Shown: positions 48,464 to 57,971 of the stretch, in pieces | How positions within the stretch are numbered: position 1 is the stretch's first letter | Layout: the number at the start of each line of letters is the position of its first letter | Assembly: GCA_965541585.1 (NCBI GenBank) | Contig: CBEUCH010000004.1 | Coordinates: 1 to 64,000 of the forward strand | DNA from: an uncultured bacterium | GTDB taxonomy: Bacteria; Zixibacteria; MSB-5A5; UBA10806 | Direction of reading: 5' to 3' | DNA: 64,000 bases | Position numbers and translations under genes: made by a program | The notes under the pieces: model-generated | Databases searched by the model: none | What the model was told of the DNA's origin: nothing | What the model saw: the letters and a program-made list of their open reading frames with translations, nothing else

Positions 48464-48768
48464 CGCCGTTAACCGGAGGAATTGGTATCAGATTTAAGCC
48501 CGATCAGCGCACTTACATAGAATTGTATTCAAACCTCGCTTTCTCCCAGCGGCCATTATCCGCGAGAGATTTGCTTGCTAGTCGAATCGATTGGGATCGA
48601 ATCCCAGCGTGGATGACTTTGAATCTGAGTTCCATGCTCAAGTGGAATGATATCGCGGCAACTTTCGCGATAGAAAACATACTCGCTATAGCGTATAAAT
48701 ACCACGGTTCAGCTATTCACCCTCCCGGCCGCGGAGTTATGATATCGATCCCATATGAGTGTTTCTGA
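48457..48768 (+). pseudogene. C-terminal remnant of a TonB-dependent receptor
   Basis: RIPP..LSARD..SRI..W.TLNL..IENIL..YKYHGS..PGR, typical of the last barrel strands; begins at the end of repeat B6. Confidence 0.6.
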
Positions 48769-48905
48769 ACCTACCATTAAGTCTGTTGAGTAATGTGGTC
48801 TTGCCGTGATCTATATGACCAACAACTCCCATGTTTAATTCTGGCATTTCTATATTCATAATAATGAATAACAGAAGCAGTTTTTAAAGGGTGCGAAGAT
48901 AATTA

Positions 48906-49649
48906 TCAATCCATTGGCATGGTTTTTCTGGCTTTGTAAACCTCACTTAACTTTACATCTGTTGAATATATTCCTTCGTTGTCTCCTGCGCAAATAAGTT
49001 CCTTTCCCCAAGGGTCATAGATTGAAGAGTGCCCCGCATATTTTATATCAATCATCCCAACAGTATCGCTTGACATAATAAAAGATTGTGTTTCTATTGC
49101 TCTTGCTTTTAATAATGTTCTAAAATGATCTGTTCTAGCTTCTCCCCATTGTGCTGGCACTATGATTATTTCAACTCCCTTTTTCTTTAATTCATTAGAT
49201 ATTTCTGGGAATCTTAATTCGAAACAAATAATCAAGCCCAACTTGCCGAAAGAACTTTCAACCACATTAAAATTGTCTTTTCCTTGTGCAAAATATTTAT
49301 GTTCATCTCTAAATCTAAAAAGCTTGTTTTTTCCTCTCTCATAAATTAATTTTCCTTTGTCAATAATGAAACCCACATTATAAACAAGTTCATGTTCCCG
49401 CCTTATCTCAGGTAAGGTTCCTCCCATGACGAGATTATTTTCCAAAGATATTTGTTCGAGTTGCTTTTTTATTTGTTTAGTTTTTTGTGCATGCTTTTTT
49501 AGATTTTCATTATCAAAACCACAGCTAAACATCTCAGGAATCAAAGCAATTCCATCCTGTGCTTCTCTTAAATAGGAATATATTGTTTCTATGTTTCCTT
49601 CTACATCACCTAACTTTAAATTTGACTGAATTGTATATAATCTTGTCAT
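48906..49649 (-). CDS. Carbon-nitrogen hydrolase (omega-amidase / Nit2-YafV-like)
   Basis: PEMF, KNKLF, ICFELRFPE triad; ARAIETQ; AT-rich. Confidence 0.9.
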   Translation of the reverse strand: MTRLYTIQSNLKLGDVEGNIETIYSYLREAQDGIALIPEMFSCGFDNENLKKHAQKTKQIKKQLEQISLENNLVMGGTLPEIRREHELVYNVGFIIDKGKLIYERGKNKLFRFRDEHKYFAQGKDNFNVVESSFGKLGLIICFELRFPEISNELKKKGVEIIIVPAQWGEARTDHFRTLLKARAIETQSFIMSSDTVGMIDIKYAGHSSIYDPWGKELICAGDNEGIYSTDVKLSEVYKARKTMPMD

Positions 49650-50866
49650 TTAAGCTGTTTTTTTAAATCTTCAATTACTTCATATATTTTTGTTGTTCCT
49701 TCTTTTATTTGATTCACATTTGTTGCAGAATAAGAAATTCTTATATATCCTTCAAATTCCTTTCCAAATGAAGATCCTGGGACTATTGCAACACCCCGGT
49801 CTAGACACAATTCCAAAAGTCTTTTTTCATCCATTCTTCCTGGAATATGTGGATTGAGATTAGGAAATAAATAAAATGCTCCTTCGGCCTGTTGAAGTTC
49901 AGGAAATATTTCTTTTAATCCTCGATAAGCAACATCTCTTCTTTCTTTGAGTCCATTGATGAGCTCTCCAAACCATTTGTTTCTTTTTTCTTTTTCACTC
50001 AAGCCTTTTGCAAAACCATATTGCAATGAAGTTGCAACGCCTGCACATTCTGTATATTGCCCCTTTGCCATTTTTCGAATAGCTTCTTCATCTCTGCTTA
50101 CGGCAAATCCTATTCTAAATCCAGTTGCAGCAAATGATTTAGAAAAACTGAATACAGAAATGGTTTCTGGATTGTCAAATTCTAGCATGCTCGTATGTTT
50201 TTTATCATCAAAAATAATCTCGTTGTAAGGTTCATCGGAGACAATTATAGTCCCATATCTTCTACACAGCTCATCTATCAGTCTTGATTCTTCAAAAGAA
50301 AATACTTTTCCTGTAGGATTTTGAGGAGAATTATGATAAAATGTGGATGGATTGTATTCATGTAATGCTTTTTCAAGCTTATTGGGATTAAAGGTTAGTC
50401 TTTCATTTATTTCCTCTAGAGGAAGGGTTTTAAATTCTGTTTGTGTGTAAGGAAATATATTCCCTGTTAAACAAGGCCAATACGGGCTAAAGCCTAAAGC
50501 CTTTCTTTTTTCAGGTAATTTAAAGCTAAGTTCTAATCCTTGTTGCCCGCCATTGACACACACAATGTTATCCCGAGTTAAATCATTTATGCCTTTTTCT
50601 TTAAGATAGCTCAAAACAGCATCTTTAAACCAGTCCGCTCCTCCTGATTTTGGATATTTTGTGAGCCCCTTAGCTACCAGTCCTTCTATAATACCGTCAA
50701 TAATGTATTCAGGCGTGTCAAGTCCAATTAATTCTCCTCTCTGAAATTTAATAATCGCTTTTTTTGTTTTTTCTTCAATTTTCCCAACATCTTCACTAAT
50801 TGCAACAATTGTTGATAATCCCATTTCAAAACAAGGATGAAATCTGTCTTTTATATTGTCAGTCAT
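49646..50866 (-). CDS. Class I/II PLP aminotransferase (AspAT-like)
   Basis: NSPQNPTG, SDEPY, SFSKSFAATGFRIG, PGSSFG..RIS; ATGA overlap with the hydrolase; AT-rich. Confidence 0.9.
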   Translation of the reverse strand: MTDNIKDRFHPCFEMGLSTIVAISEDVGKIEEKTKKAIIKFQRGELIGLDTPEYIIDGIIEGLVAKGLTKYPKSGGADWFKDAVLSYLKEKGINDLTRDNIVCVNGGQQGLELSFKLPEKRKALGFSPYWPCLTGNIFPYTQTEFKTLPLEEINERLTFNPNKLEKALHEYNPSTFYHNSPQNPTGKVFSFEESRLIDELCRRYGTIIVSDEPYNEIIFDDKKHTSMLEFDNPETISVFSFSKSFAATGFRIGFAVSRDEEAIRKMAKGQYTECAGVATSLQYGFAKGLSEKEKRNKWFGELINGLKERRDVAYRGLKEIFPELQQAEGAFYLFPNLNPHIPGRMDEKRLLELCLDRGVAIVPGSSFGKEFEGYIRISYSATNVNQIKEGTTKIYEVIEDLKKQLK

Positions 50867-50924
50867 TTTTCCCCTAATCAGAGATCAAGAATTCTTTTTA
50901 AAGATTTACTCAGCCTAGAATATA

Positions 50925-51290
50925 TTAATTACTCTTTTCCCTCTTCTTCCTTTTTTCTTCAGCCTTAACCTGATCGGGGAAAATTTCAGAAAGCCTTTTG
51001 TTGCCTTGTTTTAAAACTTTGAGGTTTGTCTGAGATATTGCAGGTGAGATAATCTTTCTCCTCACAGTTTTACTGAGTCTCAATCCTTTTTGCCCGTATT
51101 CTTAGTGTTTCTTATTTCTTTCTCTTTTGGGTCTTTTTTCCATACCTTTGGCATATGTCAATAATACTTTTTTTAAGCCAGTTCCTTCAACATCTTTCAT
51201 TGCAGTAAATCCTGCCTTGTCACTCGCACATGTAATTTCAAATTCATATCCCTCCAGATCAGGAGAAATGATCTTGACTTCTATGTCTTT
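50925..51290 (-). pseudogene. rps6e: Decayed archaeal-type ribosomal protein eS6 (S6e)
   Basis: ISPDLEGYEFEITCASDKAGF..KDVEGTGLKKVLLT..KGM..KKH*EYGQKGLRLSKTVRRKIISPAISQTNLKVLK; in-frame TAA at 51102-51104; N-terminus missing. Confidence 0.78.
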
Positions 51291-51510
51291 AAGCACTAAT
51301 TCTGCGAATTGCTTTGAAGGCCCTACTTTTTCCCGGATTCTTTCCCATCTGAGCAAATAGCTACGTAATAATTCTTGCCGCGCTTATAAAATAACCCAAT
51401 ATCTTCTCCTCTCCGGCCCGGGCACTAAATGTGTCACATGGCCTTCTGAGAAGATTACAGTTAAAACGTAACTGTTTGTCAAGCAATAAAATGAGTGGTC
51501 AGATAAAAAT

Positions 51511-51533
51511 AATAGCGGTGCGCCGCTATTTGT
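51511..51533. repeat. Hairpin overlapping a direct repeat of the tRNA-Met 3' end (candidate attR)
   Basis: AATAGCGG-TGCG-CCGCTATT palindrome; 51519-51533 matches 7881-7895 at 14/15. Confidence 0.5.
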
Positions 51534-52030
51534 TGCCTGATGACCTCAATTCTTATCCCAAGATGCTGATATCTTTATATACAAGGATGAATTAGCGGGA
51601 CCGGTCAACGTCCGGGACGTCATACCGACACACATCATTCGCATAAATAGAATGCGATGGCCGGCTGCAATTATACGGACCATCAAAGGTCGGAATGTCT
51701 GATTACTTATCTTTTTGCGCTGGTCTTCCAGACCTGCTACCCCCCAGAGTGGTATGACATTGAATTTGTGAGATCATAATCAAATTACCTCTATTTTGAA
51801 TTAATCCTTTCATTCCGCAATTGTTTAAAAGGGAAACATCAATACCGGCCGATAGAATAACTCCTTAGATCTACTCCATTAACAACTTCTGGTGATTTGC
51901 GCAATAAAATCAGGCCCGCAATATAATCAGACCTGATATTAGCCCGATAATGTTATTGACGAGGACAATAGTCCCTTATTGACCTGTTCAGGATATTTGG
52001 GAGGAGTGAGAAACTATTACCCCTGATCCC

Positions 52031-55000
52031 TTGAAAATAGAGATGAAAGACTCGACCGTTAAAAATGAAATAATCGATGCTTCTATCCCTGCCACAAGGA
52101 AGCTCCATCAGATTTCTCAATCGGTAAGCGATAAATTATATAAAAATCTATTCCATCACTCAAATGATGCAATCATAGTGCACGATTTATCCGGCAATAT
52201 ATTGGATGTGAATATGAAAGCGGTGGAGCTGTTTAATTGTACCAGTTCTAAATTCAAGACACTTAATATGCGTGATCTGCATCCTCCCACCGCCGTCGAG
52301 GCATCAAAGAAGGCGCTTGAGCTTATTTCTAAAAGCGGATCCGTCAATTTCGAAATAGATTTCAGAAAAAGTGACGGTGAAATTTTCCCTGCGGAGGTTT
52401 CGTCCAGCTTGATCGACGCGGACGGGTTAAGAATTATCCATGGCATTATCCGGGATGTGACTGAAAGAGGAACAGCAGAAAAAGAGCTGAGGGAAATCGA
52501 AAAGACGAACCTTGCGCTCTTGAATGCTCCAGCGGATCCGTCTCTTCTGTTAGACAGGGAAGGGATAATATTGGCCCTTAACAATGGAGCGGCAAGAGCT
52601 CTCGGCGGACCTGTAGGTGAATTGATTGGCAAGAATATATTAGGATATTTCCCCCCTGATCTGGCCAAATCCAGAAAGGATTATATTGACAGGGTGTTTC
52701 AAACTGGAAAGCCTGCTCGATTTGAGGATGAGATGTCTGGAGTTATTTATGATAATTCCATTTATCCTGTTTTCGATGAGAAAAGCAAGGTGGATAAGGT
52801 AGCCGTGTTTGCAGCCGATGTCACCGAACGCGTGCAAGTTGAGAAAGCGTTGCGGGATAGCGAAGAACGCTACAGGGCTATCTGGGAAAACTCCCCCATA
52901 GGGATATGCCTTACAGATCAAGAAGGTAAATATGGATACGTAAATCCCACTTATTGTGAGATTTATGGTTATTCCAAGGATCAACTGGTGGGCAAAAGAT
53001 TCTATGATATTCTAAGGCGACGGGGATTTAAAGGAGATCGTAAGAAAACCTATCAGAAACTATTCAAGAAGGGAGAACCCCTGCCGCTGGGCGAGATAGA
53101 GTTCTTGAGTTCTAAAGATGAACAGATATGGGTTCAGTATACGGGAGACTTCATCAGGGAAAACGGAGTGCCCAGGTATCTTGTTTCAATGAATATAGAT
53201 ATTACCGAGCGTAAGCGAGTGGAGATAGCGCTACGTGAAAACGAGCAAAAATATAAATCGATATTCGAATCGTTTCTCGATTTTTATTATCAGGCCGATA
53301 TGGACGGATTATTGATAAATGTGTCCCCATCGTGTCATGCTCTTTCCGGCTATACCCCTGACGAACTAATAGGCTGCCAGGTTCTGGATTTATGTCCCGA
53401 CCCTGCCCAGAGGAAAGCACTACTGGACACGTTGTTTAGAGAGGGATCAGTTACCGACTATGAGGTGACATTACGGGACAAAAGCGGCAAGGACATCCCC
53501 ATATCAACGAATGGCCGACTTATTCCGGATGATCAGGGCAAACCAATTAGAATAGAGGGGACTTTTCGGGATATTACGAGGAGAAAGCGAGACGAGGAAG
53601 CGCTTGCGGAAAGAGAAGAATTGCTCGGGGCAACTATTGAGTCGACAGCCGATGGCATTCTGGTTGTGAATGAGAAGGGTGAAACCACGCATTCAAATAC
53701 ACGGTTTGCGGAAATGTGGCGGATACCGCAAGAGCTTCTGGAAACAAACGATGATAATAAGCTATTAAGTTACGTGATGGATCAGTTGAAGGAGCCCCAG
53801 GCGTTTCTTACAAAAGTGCAAGAGCTTTACAAATCACCTGACACTGCCATGGACACTCTTTACTTCAAGGACGGACGGATTTTCGAAAGATATTCCTGTC
53901 CCTTGATCAAGAATCAAGGGATAGCAGGGCGGGTCTGGAGTTTCAGAGATATCACTGATTTAAAAAGGGCGGAACTGGTCCAGTCTACTTTGCATAAGAT
54001 ATCCGAGGCGACGAATCGCTCAAATGATATTATCGAGCTGCTGGGAACGATTCGAGAGATCCTCGGCGCATTGACCGATACCAGGAACTTCTATGTAGCC
54101 CTCTACGATGATGCTACGGAATCATATTCGTTTCCCTATAGTGTGGACGAGCACGATGGAACGGATTTCGCCCCCGAGCAGATGAAAAAGAGCCTTACCG
54201 ACTATGTCAGAAGAACAGGCAAACCCCTGCTCGCTGATGAGAAAACTCATAAGATCCTGATAAAAAAGGGCGAGGTGGAATCCGTGGGCGAATCATCGCC
54301 GATCTGGCTGGGTGTGCCGCTTGAAGCTCCGCGCGGAGTTATCGGCGTGATCGTTGTACAGGGCTATACGGATCCGACTATGTATGGCATTTCGGATTTA
54401 CATCTATTGTCTCTTGTTTCCGGCCATATTGCATTGGCTATAGAACGTAAAAGGGCAGAGATCGAACTTGACGTAGAAAAGGCTTATCTCGAGCAATTAT
54501 TCGAAAGCGCTCCCGAGGCAATCGTTGTCGTTGGGAACGACAGCCTGGTTGTCAGGTTTAATAGCGAGTTTACGCGAATGTTTGGCTACACGATAGGTGA
54601 ATCGCGAGGCAGATCAATAGATGATTTGATCGCCCCGGATCATTTAAACAGGGAAGCTTCTTCAATAACGCGGCAGGTATCGTCAGGTGAGACTTGCAGT
54701 CTCGAAACCCAAAGGCGACGCAAAAACGGATCATTTGTTGACGTGTCGATACTGGCAACGCCTATCAGGGTCCAGGGCGGGCAGGTGGCAATATATGCAA
54801 TCTACCGGGATATCACGGATCGCAAACAAGCGGAAAAACAATTGCGGCAATCGGAAGAAAAATACAGAACTCTGTTCGAGACTATTCATGACGGCATAAT
54901 TATAACTGATCTTAAGGAAGATATCATATTTGCCAATCCGGCGGCCTGCAATATTTTCGGATACCCCCGCGAAGAACTTATGGCCAAGAATCTTCGACAA

Positions 55001-56377
55001 TTAGTTATTGATGAGGATATTGAAAAGTTGAAACTGGAAACTGAAAGAAGGAAGGAAAGGAAGAGCAGTCGCTATGAATTATCAGTGATGAGAGGTGATG
55101 GTAAGATAAGGAATATTCTCATTTCAGAAACCCCTTATGTGGATGACTCTAACGACATAAATGGATCGGTTTGCATACTATCTGATATAACAGAAATCAG
55201 GAATTTTGAGAAGGAAAGACAGGCACTACGGGAAAAATTGGCAAATGCTCAAAGAATGGAATCTTTGGGGGTTCTTGCCGGCGGGGTTGCTCACGATCTT
55301 AACAATATTCTGGGACCATTGGTCGCGTATCCCGAAATGATAAAGTTGGAACTCCCCTGGGACAGCCCCATCCTCGATAAAGTCGTTAAGATCCAGAAAT
55401 CGGCCCGAAGAGCGGCCGATGTCGTCCAGGATTTGCTTACAATGGCTAGAAGAGGCCGTTATGAAATGAAGAATGTTAACATCAATACTATCATCGAATC
55501 CTATCTTAAGTCTCCTGATTTTATGAACTTAAAGACAAATCAGCCAAAGGTAATCGTTAGCCTCTCGCTCGATACGACGATTCCGGATATTTATGGTTCG
55601 GCCAGCCACTTATTAAAGGTAATAATGAACCTGGTGATAAATGCTTATGATGCTATGCCGCAGGAAGGAACACTCACTATAAAAACGGAATCCAGATACA
55701 CGGAAAAACTAATTGGAGGTTTCAGCAATATTGATGGTGGAAATTATGTAATCCTTACTGTCAGCGATACCGGAATCGGAATTGGAGATGAGGACCAAAA
55801 GCATATTTTTGAACCATTCTACTCAAAGAAAAAGCTCGGTCGAAGTGGCAGCGGTCTTGGTCTGGCAATAGTCTATGGCGTGGTAAAGGACCACAACAGT
55901 TATATTGATATAAAGAGCGAATTGAATAAGGGAACCGAAGCCTACCTATATTTCCCGGTTATGGATTCTACTCCGGATAATGAGGGAGAGGAAGAGATCG
56001 TTGACATACGTGGAAGCGAACTGGTTTTGGTTGTTGATGATATTCCTGAGCAAAGGGATCTGGCAGCAACTGTTTTGTCGAGTCTGGGATATACAGTTGA
56101 AACCGCGCCGAGTGGAGAAAAAGCAGTTGAATATTTAAAATCGAAGTCATTCGATATTGTGATCCTTGACATGATTATGGAGCCGGGCATCGACGGATTG
56201 GATACATATAAAGAGATTATCGAAATTCACCCCGGCCAGAAGGCGATAATTGTCAGTGGCTATTCTGAAACCGATCGAGTTAAAGAGGCCCAGAGGCTCG
56301 GGATCGGCAGATACGTTAGAAAACCCTACACAATGCAACAACTCGGCAAGGCTATTCGCGAGGTACTTTCCGGCTAG
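52031..56377 (+). CDS. Cytoplasmic hybrid histidine kinase (about 7 PAS + GAF + HisKA/HATPase + REC)
   Basis: Seven D(I/V)T-ended PAS units, WLGVPL GAF, AHDLNN, GSGLGL, VVDD..LDMIM receiver. Confidence 0.93.
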   Translation: MKIEMKDSTVKNEIIDASIPATRKLHQISQSVSDKLYKNLFHHSNDAIIVHDLSGNILDVNMKAVELFNCTSSKFKTLNMRDLHPPTAVEASKKALELISKSGSVNFEIDFRKSDGEIFPAEVSSSLIDADGLRIIHGIIRDVTERGTAEKELREIEKTNLALLNAPADPSLLLDREGIILALNNGAARALGGPVGELIGKNILGYFPPDLAKSRKDYIDRVFQTGKPARFEDEMSGVIYDNSIYPVFDEKSKVDKVAVFAADVTERVQVEKALRDSEERYRAIWENSPIGICLTDQEGKYGYVNPTYCEIYGYSKDQLVGKRFYDILRRRGFKGDRKKTYQKLFKKGEPLPLGEIEFLSSKDEQIWVQYTGDFIRENGVPRYLVSMNIDITERKRVEIALRENEQKYKSIFESFLDFYYQADMDGLLINVSPSCHALSGYTPDELIGCQVLDLCPDPAQRKALLDTLFREGSVTDYEVTLRDKSGKDIPISTNGRLIPDDQGKPIRIEGTFRDITRRKRDEEALAEREELLGATIESTADGILVVNEKGETTHSNTRFAEMWRIPQELLETNDDNKLLSYVMDQLKEPQAFLTKVQELYKSPDTAMDTLYFKDGRIFERYSCPLIKNQGIAGRVWSFRDITDLKRAELVQSTLHKISEATNRSNDIIELLGTIREILGALTDTRNFYVALYDDATESYSFPYSVDEHDGTDFAPEQMKKSLTDYVRRTGKPLLADEKTHKILIKKGEVESVGESSPIWLGVPLEAPRGVIGVIVVQGYTDPTMYGISDLHLLSLVSGHIALAIERKRAEIELDVEKAYLEQLFESAPEAIVVVGNDSLVVRFNSEFTRMFGYTIGESRGRSIDDLIAPDHLNREASSITRQVSSGETCSLETQRRRKNGSFVDVSILATPIRVQGGQVAIYAIYRDITDRKQAEKQLRQSEEKYRTLFETIHDGIIITDLKEDIIFANPAACNIFGYPREELMAKNLRQLVIDEDIEKLKLETERRKERKSSRYELSVMRGDGKIRNILISETPYVDDSNDINGSVCILSDITEIRNFEKERQALREKLANAQRMESLGVLAGGVAHDLNNILGPLVAYPEMIKLELPWDSPILDKVVKIQKSARRAADVVQDLLTMARRGRYEMKNVNINTIIESYLKSPDFMNLKTNQPKVIVSLSLDTTIPDIYGSASHLLKVIMNLVINAYDAMPQEGTLTIKTESRYTEKLIGGFSNIDGGNYVILTVSDTGIGIGDEDQKHIFEPFYSKKKLGRSGSGLGLAIVYGVVKDHNSYIDIKSELNKGTEAYLYFPVMDSTPDNEGEEEIVDIRGSELVLVVDDIPEQRDLAATVLSSLGYTVETAPSGEKAVEYLKSKSFDIVILDMIMEPGIDGLDTYKEIIEIHPGQKAIIVSGYSETDRVKEAQRLGIGRYVRKPYTMQQLGKAIREVLSG

Positions 56378-56652
56378 AATACATTCCCAGCATTCGCTCA
56401 AATTGGCTTGCGAAGCCGCAATTCCGGAGTATTCCCCACCATATAAGTCTCAGGGCATAGCCTGACAGGCTTAAGCGAAATAGGTCGGCGAATCGCGGTC
56501 AGAGGATTCATCTCCTGAAGGCAAACCTCTTTCCGAGTCTCTCAGACAATAAAAGGCTGGATAAATATATACTTCAAGTCCGGCCTAAAATTATATTCAC
56601 AAGGCAAGATTCTCGTGGTATAAATCCTGAGGAAACAAAAAAAGGAGGAAAA

Positions 56653-57915
56653 ATGAGACGGACCGAAAAAAGAGGTCACTGCAGTTATTTTTGGCAGGCG
56701 TTGTTCACAGCGATAATCATAGCGTTGATCCTGCCTATTCCATCTCAGGCAATCGAAATCGGCGACGGGCTCGATCTCGGTGGAAATGTGCGCTGGCGGG
56801 CTGAACTGGACGGTAAGGATTTCTCAGATAAGACCGCCATGAACGAAATGTCCCTCCTGAGGAGCCGGGTTGGTTTGACTATAACCGCTATCGAGAATAC
56901 CACCCTTTATCTCCAGATGCAGGATTCGCGGAATCTGGGTGTAAACTCGTCCGGCCTGACAAACGACACCAATCTCGGAATCCATCAGGCCTATATTGAA
57001 ATGTCGAACATCGTCACCAGGGGGCTGTCGTTGCAGCTCGGTAGATTTGAGGCCGTCTACGGCCGCCACCGGTTGATGGGCAACGTGGGCTGGGACAATG
57101 TCGGACGGTCGTTCGACGGTGGCCGCCTGATGCGCAGAGGCAAGACTTACAGCGCCGATATCTTCGTCCTGAAGGTAATAGAGCGTTCGTTCAACGCACC
57201 ACCCAATCACAAGGACCGGAAGCTTTATGGTTTACACAGCACCTTCCTTGAAGATCGCCTCGACCTTTTTGTTCTCTATGATTGGGATCAAATGAAAACC
57301 GGCGATGATTATAATCTGGCAAGATTCACGATAGGCTCATACTTCAAGAACAAGCTGGCATCCGGAATTGGATATGAATTCGATGCCGCTATTCAGACCG
57401 GTAACCGGGGCGCCCAGGATATTTCCGCTTATATGGTCGCCGGCGACCTCTATTATTCCCCGAAGCACAAAATGATGTTCATTTATTCAGAGGTGAGCAA
57501 AGTAGGAATCGGTTTTGATATAACCTCCGGTGACGATGATACCACCGACGATGAAATCAAATCGTTTAACAACTTGTATTATACCGGCCACAGATTCAGA
57601 GGATATATGGACTTTTTTCTGGGGACATCGACCCAGGGTCTGATGGATTTGATTTTTCGCGCCGCCGTTAAACCCCGTCCTCATTGCCAGATCTCTGTGG
57701 ATTTTCATCATTTCCGGACGATGGAAGACCATTTGACACCCGACGGTGATTCCTCCAAAGCGATCGGGCAGGAGATCGATATTACATTCAAGCGCAAACT
57801 GCAAAAAGGATTGACCTTCCAGGGCGGAATGTCAATGTTCATAGCATCGGATGACTGGATTGCCGACGCTGATCAGGCATACTGGCTTTACGCTATGATA
57901 TCCGCAGGCTTCTAA
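56653..57915 (+). CDS. Alginate-export (AlgE-like) outer-membrane porin
   Basis: Signal peptide, QDSR, IHQAY, GWDNVGRSFDG, H.F.GYMD.F, GQEID, C-terminal F. Confidence 0.8.
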   Translation: MRRTEKRGHCSYFWQALFTAIIIALILPIPSQAIEIGDGLDLGGNVRWRAELDGKDFSDKTAMNEMSLLRSRVGLTITAIENTTLYLQMQDSRNLGVNSSGLTNDTNLGIHQAYIEMSNIVTRGLSLQLGRFEAVYGRHRLMGNVGWDNVGRSFDGGRLMRRGKTYSADIFVLKVIERSFNAPPNHKDRKLYGLHSTFLEDRLDLFVLYDWDQMKTGDDYNLARFTIGSYFKNKLASGIGYEFDAAIQTGNRGAQDISAYMVAGDLYYSPKHKMMFIYSEVSKVGIGFDITSGDDDTTDDEIKSFNNLYYTGHRFRGYMDFFLGTSTQGLMDLIFRAAVKPRPHCQISVDFHHFRTMEDHLTPDGDSSKAIGQEIDITFKRKLQKGLTFQGGMSMFIASDDWIADADQAYWLYAMISAGF

Positions 57916-57971
57916 CGATTTTCCGAATGGCGGTTTGACGGCAACGGAATACTTTGTGATAGTAAATGATA

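Larger units (their letters stand above)
7881..51533. mobile_element. Putative mosaic genomic island anchored at tRNA-Met
   Basis: TGCGCCGCTAcTTGT (7881-7895) recurs as TGCGCCGCTAtTTGT (51519-51533). The interval has IS-end remnants, gene fragments and compositional shifts. No integrase seen. Confidence 0.5.

Noticed and set aside
39401..51104. Stop-codon recoding at the in-frame stops in the cyc2 duplicate (39401-39403) and eS6 (51102-51104)
   Set aside because: Both are TAA, which is not used for Sec or Pyl, and surrounding genes terminate normally.
51540..52030. Long intergenic region as an ncRNA or riboswitch
   Set aside because: I could not find a convincing conserved motif or extended structure by eye.
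56455..56570. c-di-GMP-I or Moco riboswitch, or selC tRNA (GGCAAACC at 56520-56527)
   Set aside because: There is no GAAA tetraloop/GCAAAG continuation, Moco consensus or cloverleaf on either strand.
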